64,000 nucleotides of DNA from Octopus sinensis. Taxonomy: Eukaryota. The stretch covers positions 130,510,001-130,574,000 of the forward strand of contig NC_042998.1 in the NCBI RefSeq assembly GCF_006345805.1, read 5' to 3'. The notes under the pieces are model-generated. The model made no database searches and had not been told where the DNA came from. It was given only the letters and a program-made list of their open reading frames with translations. Positions 1 to 12,499 of this stretch are shown piece after piece. A program made the position numbers and the translations under genes. The stretch's first letter is position 1. The number at the start of each line of letters is the position of its first letter.

Positions 1-46
<46 letters not shown>

Positions 47-312
47 GCGTGTGCTTATGCGTTTATGTATATCGGTGTGTTTTTTCTTAAGCAACCTTCT
101 ACACTAACATATATACATATTCTCCCTTTGGCATTCATAAACTGAATATTCTGTCTTGTTCATTTTTACTCACTGTACATACACAGTTGCACACGTATAC
201 TCACGTGTATATATGTAAATTGTAAATATATAAACGTATGCATAATCATACATATACATATACATACATGCATCTATCTATCTATCAATCTATTTATCTA
301 CCTATCTAACTA

Positions 313-395
<83 letters not shown>

Positions 396-480
396 AGCAC
401 ATATATATATATACATGCATACATATATTATATGTGTGTGTGTGTGTGTATGTGAGTGTGTGTGTGTGTGTGTGTTTGTG
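1..480. repeat. Compound microsatellite block (TA)n/(CTAT)n/(TG)n
   Basis: Directly visible tandem runs at 1-42 and ~241-480; explains ORF 310..501. Confidence 0.95.
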
Positions 481-3261
481 AATTTTATCTCTAGTACTCA
501 CTAGACAATCGAAAATCTAAAACACAAGTAAATTAATGCAACAATGATAACTTCTAGGAGAAAACGTGTGTATTTTTATAATCTCAACATTTAGTGAAAA
601 AAATTTTTGGATATGACATTTCGCATGAAAAATAGAGTAGAACATTGTTGATTTCTTACGACACATAAAAGGTCAATCCTTGTCGGCAAAGTGTTCTAGT
701 AACTTTATTCCATAATAATATTAGTACAATTCATTTTATTCTCTGTGAGAGAAAGTAAAATTTTCTTCTGATTGTCATATTTAAATTATGCCTCTGGGGA
801 TCTGTTTTTTATTCTTTTAATCCGTGATAACGTGTGTCTTTCTCTCTGAAGTTTGAAAGGCAGTAAAATTTTGAAGACCGCATTTGTAGCTTATATTTAT
901 ATGAATAATGTTATATTTCTGCAGCAATGTCTAAGCATAGCTGTGTAGTAAACCGCTTTCGCCCAAATTAATTGAATAACGATTTTATCATATTTCTATC
1001 TAATTTACTTAATTTCTAAATCCAGAGTTGTATTTTTTTTTGAAAATACAATATTAAATAAGGTCTGCTGATTGGTTATTTTCCCTCTTATTGTTATCGG
1101 TAAGATCAGTCTCATTTTTTGCGATTAAAACATATATTCATCGGAAGATTAACTACAACACACGAATTTCATTTAAAATTAATTTAATTTTAATACTTGG
1201 TTTAAACACGAACTGAAAGAACTAAATCATTATCACTATGATTGATGTTTAAAATATATTTTTGAAAATAGAAAAGTTATACTTATTAAATACAAGATTG
1301 TTATAACTAAATTATCTATTGTCATCTAGAATATCTTAGATTTAAGATTTAATCACGTATATATAGAAATATTTAAAGCATTTCCAGAAATAATTAATGT
1401 TCAGATGATAGCTCCATATATCTGATGGATTCACTCAGTATATAGAGCTTTTGCATTGGTCTTTATATCAGCATTGCAAAAAATACGGAAACTAAATTAT
1501 TTAGGGAAAACTTAAAAGGAGGCTCAAGTTGATGGTTAATTACTACACATATTTTAAATTTAAATATGGACATGCCTTGACAGATTGAAGTTCGAATTTA
1601 GTTTGGATTATGGGTAACATAAAATCGTTTTAATTTAAGGTAATGTCTGGTAGGTTAGCAACTTAATTATTGTAATTAGTTTTTAATTAATACTTTTTTG
1701 AAAAATAGGCGATTGTTATCCTCAATATGACTTACAGTTAAAATTAAAGCTCCTCGAAACTGTAGGCCACCATCTTTATATAGACCTTCTTCCACTAAAG
1801 AAAAAGTGTTCTAAATTGACATTTTGTAACAAACCAGAAAGTGCTGCTCTCTGTAGAATCGTGTGCAACGATAATAACATTGTTATTTAGCGTTTAGTGG
1901 GAGCAGACAATTTCAGGACACAGTTTGAATATTCCATATTAAATTTGCAAAAGACAATCAATATATGCAAAAAACAGGAAGAAGTAGATAAATAAATGCG
2001 CTGAAAAGCAACACAAGACAGTTGGAAAATGGAATGTGAGACAAAACTGACGGCTTGAGTTGTCTCTTCAATTTGTAGGAAGTCTCTTCAATTATCGTTG
2101 CCGTGTGACCCCATACTTCTTACTTTAGACATATAACATCAGGCATTATGTTTCTAGCTACTTACAACAAATTTGAAAAATCATTCAAAAGAGAATGGTA
2201 TGATATATGTAATATTTTGCGCCCCACCAACACTAATATAAAACATTTCTTCTGGTAACTGAACTTAGACAAAATTATGATAGCACGTGGGGCTATTGTA
2301 CAGTGAATAAACCTAAATATTAGGAATGATTTCATCGGGATACTTCTAACAGGATACTTCTAATTTTCTGGAGTTAAGTATTAGAAATACACCCCTGCAG
2401 AACACTACACACTATCCTAAAATGACTGTGAACTAGTGCTGAAATAAGCAGGAAACACATACTGTTTCACAAATTAACACAGAGAAAATTTTCTCGTCTT
2501 AAATTCTTCAAATTTACAAGAATTTTTCTTATACGCATGATGAGCAAAGAACAGAAAAGTCAATGATATTCATTTAGTCAACAACAAAGTGAGTCACGTG
2601 TGAAATTTAAAAAATACCGTGCATATTTTCCCTTTTCAATTTCTAAACTGAATTTTCAGATACATGGTAACATGCGCCCTACTTAAGCAATTCAAATTTT
2701 ACAGAACAAATAAACAGCATCAAAATTTTCGGTAATTGTGCTTATCCTACATTTGAGGCATTCAGGTTATGCACAACTTAATTTATTACAGAAAAAATAT
2801 TGGGAAAGGCAGGCGTCTGTATAAATCACAAGCATTTCTCCGAGAAATCAAAGCTTCTGTGCGATTTTGCAAACACATTTTTCACAAACAAATTATGTTT
2901 AATCCTATTTTTGAAAGCAGTTTTCTTTTATTCTGATCAATGCATTCAACACCCCTCCACCCACACACGCTCTCACACACACACACAAATGTACACACAC
3001 GCACACTCACACATACATTGCTTTATTATTTGCTTTTCTTTTCAATTATGATTTACTTTAATTGTTCTGTTCTGTTCTGTTTTGAGCAACCGATTGGATT
3101 AAAATTTGAAGATTTAATTTAAATTTTCTTACGAATTTACTTTTACTTTGAAGTAATTTTTTTGCTATTTGCTTCTCCAAACTTGAAATAAAATGTATTT
3201 TACTACGATTAAAATGCATGACATCAACCCTCACGCTCACTGTGTAAGCTGGTTGACACTT

Positions 3262-3740
3262 TAGACTGACATTCTCGACAGAGGGAAGAATATCGACGTG
3301 TCAGTGACCACGGTCAAACGTAAGGCTTCATTTCCATAAACGCCAGCTGAATTCAATTCGTCCCCAGTCGAAAGACGCCTGTTGTTATGTCCTGTTATTA
3401 TTATTATTATCATCATTATTATTATTATTATTATTATTGTTTTGTTTTGTATTTTGTGTTTATATTCGTGTAACATCGCCTGTTTTTCCGTCCTTGTTTC
3501 GTATACATTTGTTGCTGTCTTCCAAGGAATCTAATGCTCTTAGCTTAATTTATCCTTGAGGATGGCCAGATTGGAGTAATCTCAAGATTAATCAGCTGAA
3601 ATTGCGAGGATGCGCCGGTTCTTGACTGAAGATAAAAGGCTTCGAATGGCCGTGTTTTTTGTATCGCCTCTCTGGATGTGTGTTGTCTCCTTTTGTATCA
3701 CCTAGTTGTCCGATGTTTTGGGTTCTTGTCCCATTTAGTA
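3262..3740. repeat. Unclassified interspersed repeat fragment with internal (TTA)n
   Basis: GC-richer island ending at a (TA)n run; resembles octopus repeats from memory only; no coding motif found. Confidence 0.3.
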
Positions 3741-3744
3741 TTTT

Positions 3745-4640
3745 ATATATATATACATCAGTGGAATAAAGTTAAAACAGGGTCAGGCTTTCACGTTTTT
3801 TATTATTGTATTTAATATAATTTACAATGTTGAAGTGTGTTAAACATTAAAAACATATTTTGTAATGTTCATAATAAAGTTCCTTTAACGCTTTCATACT
3901 TTCGTAGTGATCATCAAATTTCAAATTTCAAGATGTATTTAACTGAAAATATGAGTTCTTGACAACTGTAGTAAAATGGCCGAATTCTTCCTTTTTATAC
4001 CTCTTAAGACTCCAACCAGATGAATTTTCGGAAAACGGTCTTGACCAATCCGCCCGCAGCTTAAACGTTACGATTTGCCGGGCGTACCGATATTACTGGC
4101 ATAGATCCCGACTTTATTAAAGCCAATGAGCTTGCAGTTTACATGTAGTATGTTTTAAAGGCGAACTTAGCTCGTTTCGATCGTTTTCAATTCAATTCAT
4201 AGGAGACCTCTCTAATGTGTTTATACTCATACGTTAAAGATATTTTTTAATCCACACCATTAATTGGTTGTTATATTATTGTCGTTATTTTCCATTCAGA
4301 ACAGGTTTGAACATTTAATGAAACGTCTTTCTTTTATCTTTCAGCCTCACATGTGTCATGCATTTTGTGGAAAAGGAAAACTTAGATACATTTTCTGACC
4401 ACAAGTTTGTATATGTTCGCTCAATGGAACATGGCGGACATCATTGTTCCGGATTTGCTGTCTGTGGACTCGTGCGTGTTCGGATAATAACGAACGTACG
4501 AAAGTGCTAATTGAACTTTATGAACTTTACAAAATATTTTTTTTAATGATTAACACACTTTCAACATTGCAAGAAAAAACATATATACAATAATAAAAGA
4601 CGTGCAAACCAGAGCATGTTTTAAATTTATTCAACTGATA
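3745..4640 (-). mobile_element. Truncated Penelope-like element with inverted terminal duplication (fold-back)
   Basis: Arms ~3745-3917 and ~4485-4640 are imperfect reverse complements (ATCAGT[G/T]GAATAAA.TTAAAACA...TTATTATTGTAT...). A GIY-YIG relic lies between them. The inner arm ends carry a degenerate CTGATGA...GAAA-GYRC-TA motif. Confidence 0.7.
4285..4480 (-). pseudogene. C-terminal GIY-YIG endonuclease relic of a PLE
   Basis: Manual translation VHRQQIRNNDVRHVPLSEHIQTCGQKMYLSFPF ... ERRFIK..KPVLN (with frameshifts) aligns with VHKEQINLPEYRQIPLSDHLDSC..FYIFPF..ENLFIEKFQTQLN at 18.7 kb. Confidence 0.7.
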
Positions 4641-4688
4641 TATTGTTCTACACACACTGACGCAAATTCGGAAAGTGTAAATATATAT

Positions 4689-4741
<53 letters not shown>

Positions 4742-4936
4742 TAGGTGAATGAATTATCCTATGTTTATCGTCAGCATGGAAAATTCGTTTAACCGAAACC
4801 TGGGTAGCAAATTCACGTCAGAAACGCGGTTGAAGCGACCTATCCAAGGGTAGAAACTCAGGGTTCATGTGCAGAAATTTGTGTGTTGTATATGAACAAA
4901 TGAAAGAATGGAGTCGAACGAAGATGTTAACAAAAT

Positions 4937-5031
4937 TCCTTTACTCTCGACATATATTTCGAAGACAACATGTTTTCATTCCAAAGGAATAAAGGGTGCA
5001 TTATGCAATCTTCTCATCAGGAAAGAAAGGG
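4937..5031 (-). ncRNA. Type I hammerhead ribozyme, intact core, predicted GUC cleavage between 4949 and 4948
   Basis: Minus strand reads ccctttctttc CTGATGA GAAGA[..]TCTTC GAAA T-ATAT-GTC gagagtaaagg. Stem I is 5+5 bp with one bulge, stem II is a perfect 5 bp, and the minimal stem III has a palindromic ATAT loop. Confidence 0.75.
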
Positions 5032-5492
5032 AGCCTCTCTCGACAACAAGACAAACAAAAATTTCGATGACTGCCTACATGGTAAACAACACGGTGTTGT
5101 TTGGCCGAACATGCTTGCGCGCACACGCACACACATACATGCACATACGCACTCATGCATACATATAAAAGCATACACACAGACACACATGCGTATTCAT
5201 TCATACGTACATATGTATATTCGCATGCATGTACGCATGTATACCAGTGTACGCGTGCACACATGGAATCGTGCGTGCGTCCGTGAGTACATACGCGCAA
5301 AATAAGCGTTGGGGACTGGTAAGTGTTGGGAATTGTTAAACGTTGGGGATTGGCATGCGTTGAGGGATGGTAAGCGTTAGCAATTGGTAATTGGCGGTCT
5401 TGCCCATGGGGTTGGTTGCTAGCGGTAACCTTGGTGTAGGTGGTGCAGAGTAGCAGCTGGTTATAAGGTGGTATATACGGGTTTTCAGCTAT

Positions 5493-6225
5493 TTATCTGA
5501 AATTTGCCAGAAGGGCATACTTCTGGTGACAGCAATACGATAAACTGTATTTCTTGTTGATGGATACTGCGGGTTGTTGGATGATATGCAGTTTTTCGCG
5601 GAGGCAGAGCTGGCAGTTGAGGGCGCCGGGAGATTATGGTAGCGCTCTGCCAACAAAAAATCATTTGATGCTGGGTATTTCATATCGGAGATCGCCTAGT
5701 TTCTAGAGAAGGCGAGACAGGAAAGTAGAGATATCTCTGTCCGTGGATCTGAACGAGTGCATACGCTCGCAGTATCTTCCTTTGAAGTCATTAGCTGTCA
5801 TACCCGTATAGTGCCTAGTAATGACATCGGGTGGTGTAAGTGTGGCTCTGTATACCACGGCTCTTCACAAGCAAAATCCTTCTAGATGGAACATAGTGGG
5901 GTTTCGGAAGTTGCAAGTTTGGGGTTGGGGATGGTATTGGTGCGTGCGATGTTAGATACAATGTTGTCTAAACACGAGTGGCTCACCATGATATTATGCT
6001 AGTTGAAGAGTTTATAATACGGATGGCCTCTGCGGAAGTGCTTCTTAATTAGTGACAGGAAGACCCTAGCTACGTTGGAGGAAACTTCTTGGTTGAAAAT
6101 GGGGGTCATACCAAATAATTTTCTTTCTCCTAATGCTTTGGGGTGAAGAGGGTGTTTAAGGGTTGTCCACATAGTGAGCTTCTTATCTAAAGCATCGTTG
6201 TAGTAGGAGGCACATCAGACCATGG
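5493..6225 (-). pseudogene. PLE C-terminal region with Cys-linker and VVY-YxG (GIY-YIG) endonuclease, degenerate
   Basis: Manual translation RKIIWY.P.FNQEVSSNVARVFLSLIKKHF..SHSCLDNI..CNFRNP..LEGFCL*RAVVYRATLT..HYTGMTANDFKGRY..HSF..CQLCLREKLHII; contains stops and frameshifts. Confidence 0.8.
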
Positions 6226-6534
6226 CACCGCGTGACCTTCCCCGACCAACAGCATCCCACCTTACGGTAATAACAATCAACTTTTGCCATTCAAATTCAA
6301 AATGGCTGATGACGAGCATCACGCTTGATATTCAAGAGTACCAACGAATATGAATGAAACTGTTTGATCCATATATATATATATCGGATAGTATTGTAGC
6401 TCACTTGAAGCATTGTGTATTGTTTGTAAAGAATAAAACGTTTTGAATGGAAGAACAATGCACTATAATACAAACAATGGGCTATATACATGTTGTTAAT
6501 TTAGGGCCCTAGTCTGTGCATGAGCATATATAAA

Positions 6535-6799
<265 letters not shown>

Positions 6800-6902
6800 T
6801 GAGGGAGATAAATTAATATTAATTTTAATATCAATTTAAAACCAGTAGTCTAGCATACAAAAAATCTGAGAAGTCAGAGAAAATTCTAATATATGTGTAT
6901 AT

Positions 6903-7420
6903 TGGCAGGGCTTGACTGCTAGGAAGTCGGCCGTATGCTAGAAACAGATCATCAACGATCAAACTACAAAGGAATTCTCTAGAGGAAAAATTCAGCGAAC
7001 ACCAGAACCAAATTTGGCGGGCAGGACAGATGAAAATTTATATAAAAAACAGAATTAAACAGAATTTATATAAAAAACAGAACCAAGACATTTGAAATTT
7101 TATCCAAAATGTAATCGGTAAAACTAAGCACGTGTCTGTCTTGGCACGGAAGGCTGGGGTCAGTTTTTCAGTTTACATTTACAATGAACGAATGCACTGA
7201 TGAAGCACGGACATTTGAATTATGTAAGTAATTCTTTTGTTAAAGGCCGAAACCGAGGTATGCATTTAATTCTGTTTTTTATATAAATTTTCATCTGTCC
7301 TGCCCGCCAAATTTGGTTCTGGTGTTCGCTGAATTTTTCCTCTAGAGAATTCCTTTGTAGTTTGATCGTTGATGATCTGTTTCTAGCATACGGCCGACTT
7401 CCTAGCAGTCAAGCCTTGCC

Positions 7421-7421
<1 letters not shown>
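6903..7421 (+). mobile_element. Non-coding fold-back mini-element (probable PLE pseudo-LTR derivative) with 157-bp inverted arms around a hammerhead ribozyme
   Basis: 6903-7059 is the reverse complement of 7265-7421 with 1 mismatch; the spacer contains an HHR; followed by (TA)n. Confidence 0.8.
7191..7266 (+). ncRNA. Type I hammerhead ribozyme, predicted GUA cleavage after 7260
   Basis: AATGCA CTGATGA a[long stem II with GAATTA/TAATTC]c GAAA C-CGAG-GTA TGCATT. Stem I is a perfect 6 bp; the base of stem II is imperfect. Confidence 0.7.
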
Positions 7422-7464
<43 letters not shown>

Positions 7465-7467
<3 letters not shown>

Positions 7468-8436
7468 GGTGCATAAGGTATTTGAGGACATACCTGTTTT
7501 GGGTCATTGTCGCATTTTTTGTTATCTCTGTATAATCTTTCTTTCAGAAAATAATAATGGCAGATCATCAGCGTACTCAAGAAATGAAGAGACATTCTGC
7601 TATTGTAGTTATAAAGTCTGTGCATAGCGATTTAGAAATAACTCGTGTTTTAAAAGTTGCTAGATCTTTCGCCTACAAAGTTTATAAGAAGTTAGAGACT
7701 AAAGGTGTAAACGTGTCAACAGTATAAAAGCACAAAACACATTCTAGACACTCTGAAACTACCAGAACACTTGAATTTATCCAGCAAGTTCAACAATCAT
7801 TGATTATAATCCTAGAAGTCCATGAGGTCAATTGAAAAAGATCTCCATATGTCAGAAGTAACAGCCAGAAAGGTTGTCCACGAAGCCATCAAATATGTCT
7901 TCTATGATGAGGAAAGATCAATTTGTCAGAAAAAGCAAAAGAAAATAATCACGACATCAGATATAAGAAGGCTCTTAAACAAACTGACAAATCCAGCACA
8001 ATATGATATGATTTCGTTCTGTTCAAACGAGAAAAACATCGACGAAGATCAAAAAGTTAACAGAAGAAATGACAGATGCTTATTTGCAGACCTTTCTGAA
8101 GTTCCAAGTGTTATGCATACAAAATTTCCTGCAACTGTCATAGCTTTAGGGGACGTCAACAATAAAGGACATGTGATGCCTCCTTACATCTTTCCACAAG
8201 GCGTTAAATTTAACTCTGCTGCCTACACTGAGGGCCTGGAAATAATTGTTAAGCCCTGGATAGATAGTTTATGCAATGGAAGGACAAATGTGTATCAGTA
8301 AGACTCTGCAATATCACACATTACTGTATTAACACATGAATACATGGCTGAAAATGTTCATGATCACATAAACATTAACATTTGGCATCCTAATTCCCCA
8401 GATCTCAATCCACTGGACTATTACATGTGGAGCGTT

Positions 8437-8490
<54 letters not shown>

Positions 8491-8742
8491 CAATGAACAT
8501 ACCCATAACATCGAAGATTCTTTTAAAGCTGCCATATTCAGAGTAATGTCCAAAATCAACGAGAAGCACTTGATTCGAGCATGTAGAGGATTTAGATCTC
8601 ATATTACAAGTAGCTGTTGAAGCTGAAGTTGAATACCATTATAGAAAATAACGTTTATTTTTAATCTCATAGCATTTTTTTATAGTTCTCTGTTATTATA
8701 TCGCTATGCTTTTTAGAAACATAAATCTGTCCTCATAAATAC
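7465..8742 (+). mobile_element. Tc1/mariner DD37D (maT-like) transposon, degenerate
   Basis: Begins TA|CAGGGTGC. Transposase relic ~7557-8640 includes SNEKN..NRRNDR, YQ*DSA and WHPNSPDLNPLDY, with 37 residues between the 2nd and 3rd Asp. Partial right TIR (tgtcctcataaatac). Confidence 0.85.
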
Positions 8743-9158
8743 ACACACATATATATATATATACATATATATATAAACATATAAAAAAACAAACACAAAC
8801 ACATTTGTATATATATAAGCGTATATATACATACATATACACATACATATACATATGTATCTATATATATATTATTGCGAGTTTAGAGTGATATATTATA
8901 CAGGTAAAGGAATTAAGTTGGCTTCCAGCCAAGCTGACAGAAAGGCACGGAACGAAGCTGCATGGAAAATTATGTCCAGTTGCATTAGCAACTGCGCATA
9001 CTCCGTGCAGTGGAAACACGTGTGGGTCGTCATAACCCTGAAAAATATGATGTATGACATTGTAAAATAAAAGGAAATAAATTTTGAAGATGTACCAGTC
9101 TCCATATACTCTATCGTTATAATTATGACTGAAGCGCGTTAGAGAGTAATATATGTAA

Positions 9159-9222
<64 letters not shown>

Positions 9223-9561
9223 GTGTGTGTGTTTGTGTGTGTGTGTGCGTGTTTGTGTGTGTGTGTTGTGTGTGTGTATTTGTGTAGTCGTCACTCAACT
9301 GACGGAAGGTGGTGGTAGTGAGCACCAGTATTGTTAGAAATAAGAGTGAAAATTACTCTACACCACGTGAGAGTCCTTTTCTAAATTTTGACTAGGGTTT
9401 GACAGAGAGCAGCTAATTCTGCAGGGCATAAATTTATTTTGACGCTTTATGCTAGCAATACTTATGTTTACTAGTTCCCTCCATTACTTTAGTGACGACT
9501 ATAATTGTCGCCATTCGGTGGTAAATTGCGGATAGCCACACCTTATATACATATACATATT

Positions 9562-9606
<45 letters not shown>

Positions 9607-9642
9607 TATTATTATTTCTAAATTTCCCAAAGAGATTGTATA

Positions 9643-9697
<55 letters not shown>

Positions 9698-9700
<3 letters not shown>

Positions 9701-10473
9701 CTGTGGTGAATAGACTCTCATCTAAATTACGCAAAAATGAAAATAGCACTGACATCTGATTTTAGCAGGTACATTTGCCAAACGTGAATAAAAATATCTT
9801 GAAATTCTTCAGAATTATTCATTAAATCGCGATTGCTTTCAAGCATAGCCTCCAGACAACTTGTGAATCGCCTGTAAATCTTCTGGACTGTCTCATTGTT
9901 TAAGTTGGTGAATGCTGTATAATCGTTACCTTCAATTCATCTTTGGTGTTACAAGGAATCTTGTTGCGCCCCACACATAATAATCAAGGGGGTTCCAGTT
10001 TGGGATGTTACGTGTCAGGGGTGATATGGTAGCAGGAATTGACAGCCATGACTGGGTTCTGCTGTTTGTGTGGCATGGTGCAGAGTCCTGTTGCCAGATA
10101 TAGGGTCTTCCACTACCCACTCTTAGGCACTTGATGTAGACCTCCGAGTTGAGTCTAAGGCTGTATGTGAAGATGAATGGAGGCATAACGTCGCCATCAC
10201 TAGTGATCACTCCAAACAGCCTGATGTTGACTGGATGTTTGATTTTTATCGCTTTCGGTACATGTCCACAGATTGACACCCAAGACCTGAAATGTTGGCA
10301 GTGCAGCATGACGTCTCCAAATTTTTGGTAGAGGTAATCGCGTCATGGTGCTGCTTTGCTCACAGACGGTGCCCAACTTATGTTCCTATACTGTTTAGTC
10401 AATAAAATCAAAAAGAAACAGTGCGCATGCGTGTAATTAAGATGGTAAAATTGCCACAATTTATTCATCGTAC

Positions 10474-10477
<4 letters not shown>
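9698..10477 (-). mobile_element. Internally deleted DD37D-family (maT-like) transposon
   Basis: ORF 9932..10309: FGVITSDGDVMPPFIF..WQQDSAPCH..NPLDYYVWG. Degenerate TIR-like ends (cagagtacgatgaataaat / aggctgtggtgaatagac), both in (TA)n. Confidence 0.8.
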
Positions 10478-10515
<38 letters not shown>

Positions 10516-10766
10516 GATTGATGCCTAAACCACTTAAAAACTGATAGTCAGAGCATCGAACTGATCATCAGATTGCCCGTTGGTCAGTTACGTCTAACTC
10601 TGAATAGCTGTTTGACAAATCTGTTTTACTTCAAGGAAACAGTTTTACTCTCTCCTTCGTATTCAAGTAATATTTTTCTATCTCGATATTAACATATGTG
10701 CCACACAACACGCACACACACACACACCACACACACACACACGCAAACACATACATATATATATAT

Positions 10767-10811
<45 letters not shown>

Positions 10812-12424
10812 TACACATACTCACATACACACACATACATACATTCACACAGATGTGTTAATTGACACTGAAATACACGCATAATTGCACAATAGTACGT
10901 ATACACCCTTTCTTTTCACCTTGCAATTCATTCACTCTCTTGATTTTTTTTCACTTGTCTCTGCCTAATTTTTCTCTATCTTTCGTCTTTTTTTCCCTAT
11001 TTTTCCTTTTCTCAGTAATAATCTCTTTCATAATAATCATATTCTTTCTACCAGAGTTAGTCCTGAATTTCACGACCGCACTCATTTTGTTTCGCCATCT
11101 AATATGATTATGTATTAATCGATAGTTACATTAATTCAGCAGATTACATGCAATCTATTCCCTGTTTGTGTCTGAGACATCAAACGCAAAGCAAAAATTA
11201 TTGTCACGGCACCATAGTATAATGTGTGATTAGTATATAATGGTGTGCTATCATACATGCAACTTCTAACCAGTGAGCAGCTAATTCTGCCGCGCATAAA
11301 TTGTGAACAGTATATTTTATGGTTGAAGTAAATTGCATCTGGCAACAAGTGCGTGGCTATGTTGCATATATTAATGCAATCCATTACCCGTGGTTTTATA
11401 TCCGCAGCATTGTGGATGACTAGAAACGAAGAATATATTATACAATTACCCATGCTTAGTATACATGTATTTACATAATTTAAAATATATTAATATATTC
11501 TTTTATAAAGCGGAACATATTCTGGTAGTGCTGATTCCAAGTGTGGTAAACACGGTGACACTTATTCAGGAAAACCCCACCACTTACGAATTAAGCACTT
11601 ACCGAAATATTGATTTCTTACATGTGATGCAAAGACAATCAATTTATTTGCAAATTGTGCTTCAGTTTTGAAATCGATACTCAGTATATTATTAATACCA
11701 TTCCCTTCTTGGTCGACTTTTATTTTACGAGTACTAAAGGTTGCAACTAATTACGTAAGAGAATCAATCGACTTTCTACCAATCGTTGCAACTACCATTC
11801 ATTGACCAATATGTTAAAACCAATTCCATTTGAGCATAATCAGACGTCGACTTCTCGAGAAAAAAGAGACGTTTGCAATGAAGTCCCTGAAACTGTTTAG
11901 GGACTACAACTTTCTTTCAGATTATATCTACCATCTAAAAAAAAAGAAGAAAATGGAAGGACATATTCGTATCAAGGATAATGTAATTCCGGTTGCGTTG
12001 TGCCACGAAGTCGGGAGGAATACAGCATCGATTATCTTGTATGATAAAGCTTAACAATGTATTTTATCTAGACATTTAAGCATCAGCAACATCAGCAATT
12101 AAACCGTTTTTTTCCTTTTCCTAATCTTCATTTGCCGCGTTTGCTTTCCCCATTTAACATCATATATATCTAGTGCTCACAGCTGGCCCATTCACATTTG
12201 ATATCAAACTTTCCCTTGTGCCATTGTGGGCAAATGTCAATTAAGTCATAAATAAAGAAAAGTGTGAAAAGTGTAAGGTACAGAGTCTGTAATGAGAAAG
12301 AGGAATCCGTTACTTGCATAAAAAAGTTCTTGTAATCCATGGGTACAGAATTGTAGACGCGATTAATACGGCGTAGGGTTATAAACAAAAGGAAATGACA
12401 CCAACGTCAACCAGACAGCGTAAT

Positions 12425-12487
12425 AGGGAACGCTCAGTTTAAGGTAGGGAACGCTCAGTTTAAGGTAGGGAACGCTCAGTTTAAGGT
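12425..12487. repeat. Perfect 21-bp tandem repeat x3 (AGGGAACGCTCAGTTTAAGGT)
   Basis: Three identical consecutive units read directly. Confidence 0.95.
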
Positions 12488-12499
12488 CTTATCAGACTA

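Noticed and set aside
3620-3655. CTGAAGA...CTTCGAATGGCC hammerhead-like string
   Set aside because: GAAA is not intact and neither stem I nor stem II can be formed convincingly.
6285-6375. CTGATGA with an upstream CCATT/AATGG hairpin (type III HHR-like)
   Set aside because: The cleavage triplet would be UUG, and stems II and III do not pair.
8900-9050. GC-richer island with splice-like signals (GYDDPHVFPLHG... on minus)
   Set aside because: No recognisable domain; several frames are equally open and no partner exon was found.
12425-12487. Possible CRISPR-like array
   Set aside because: No spacers between units; eukaryotic context.
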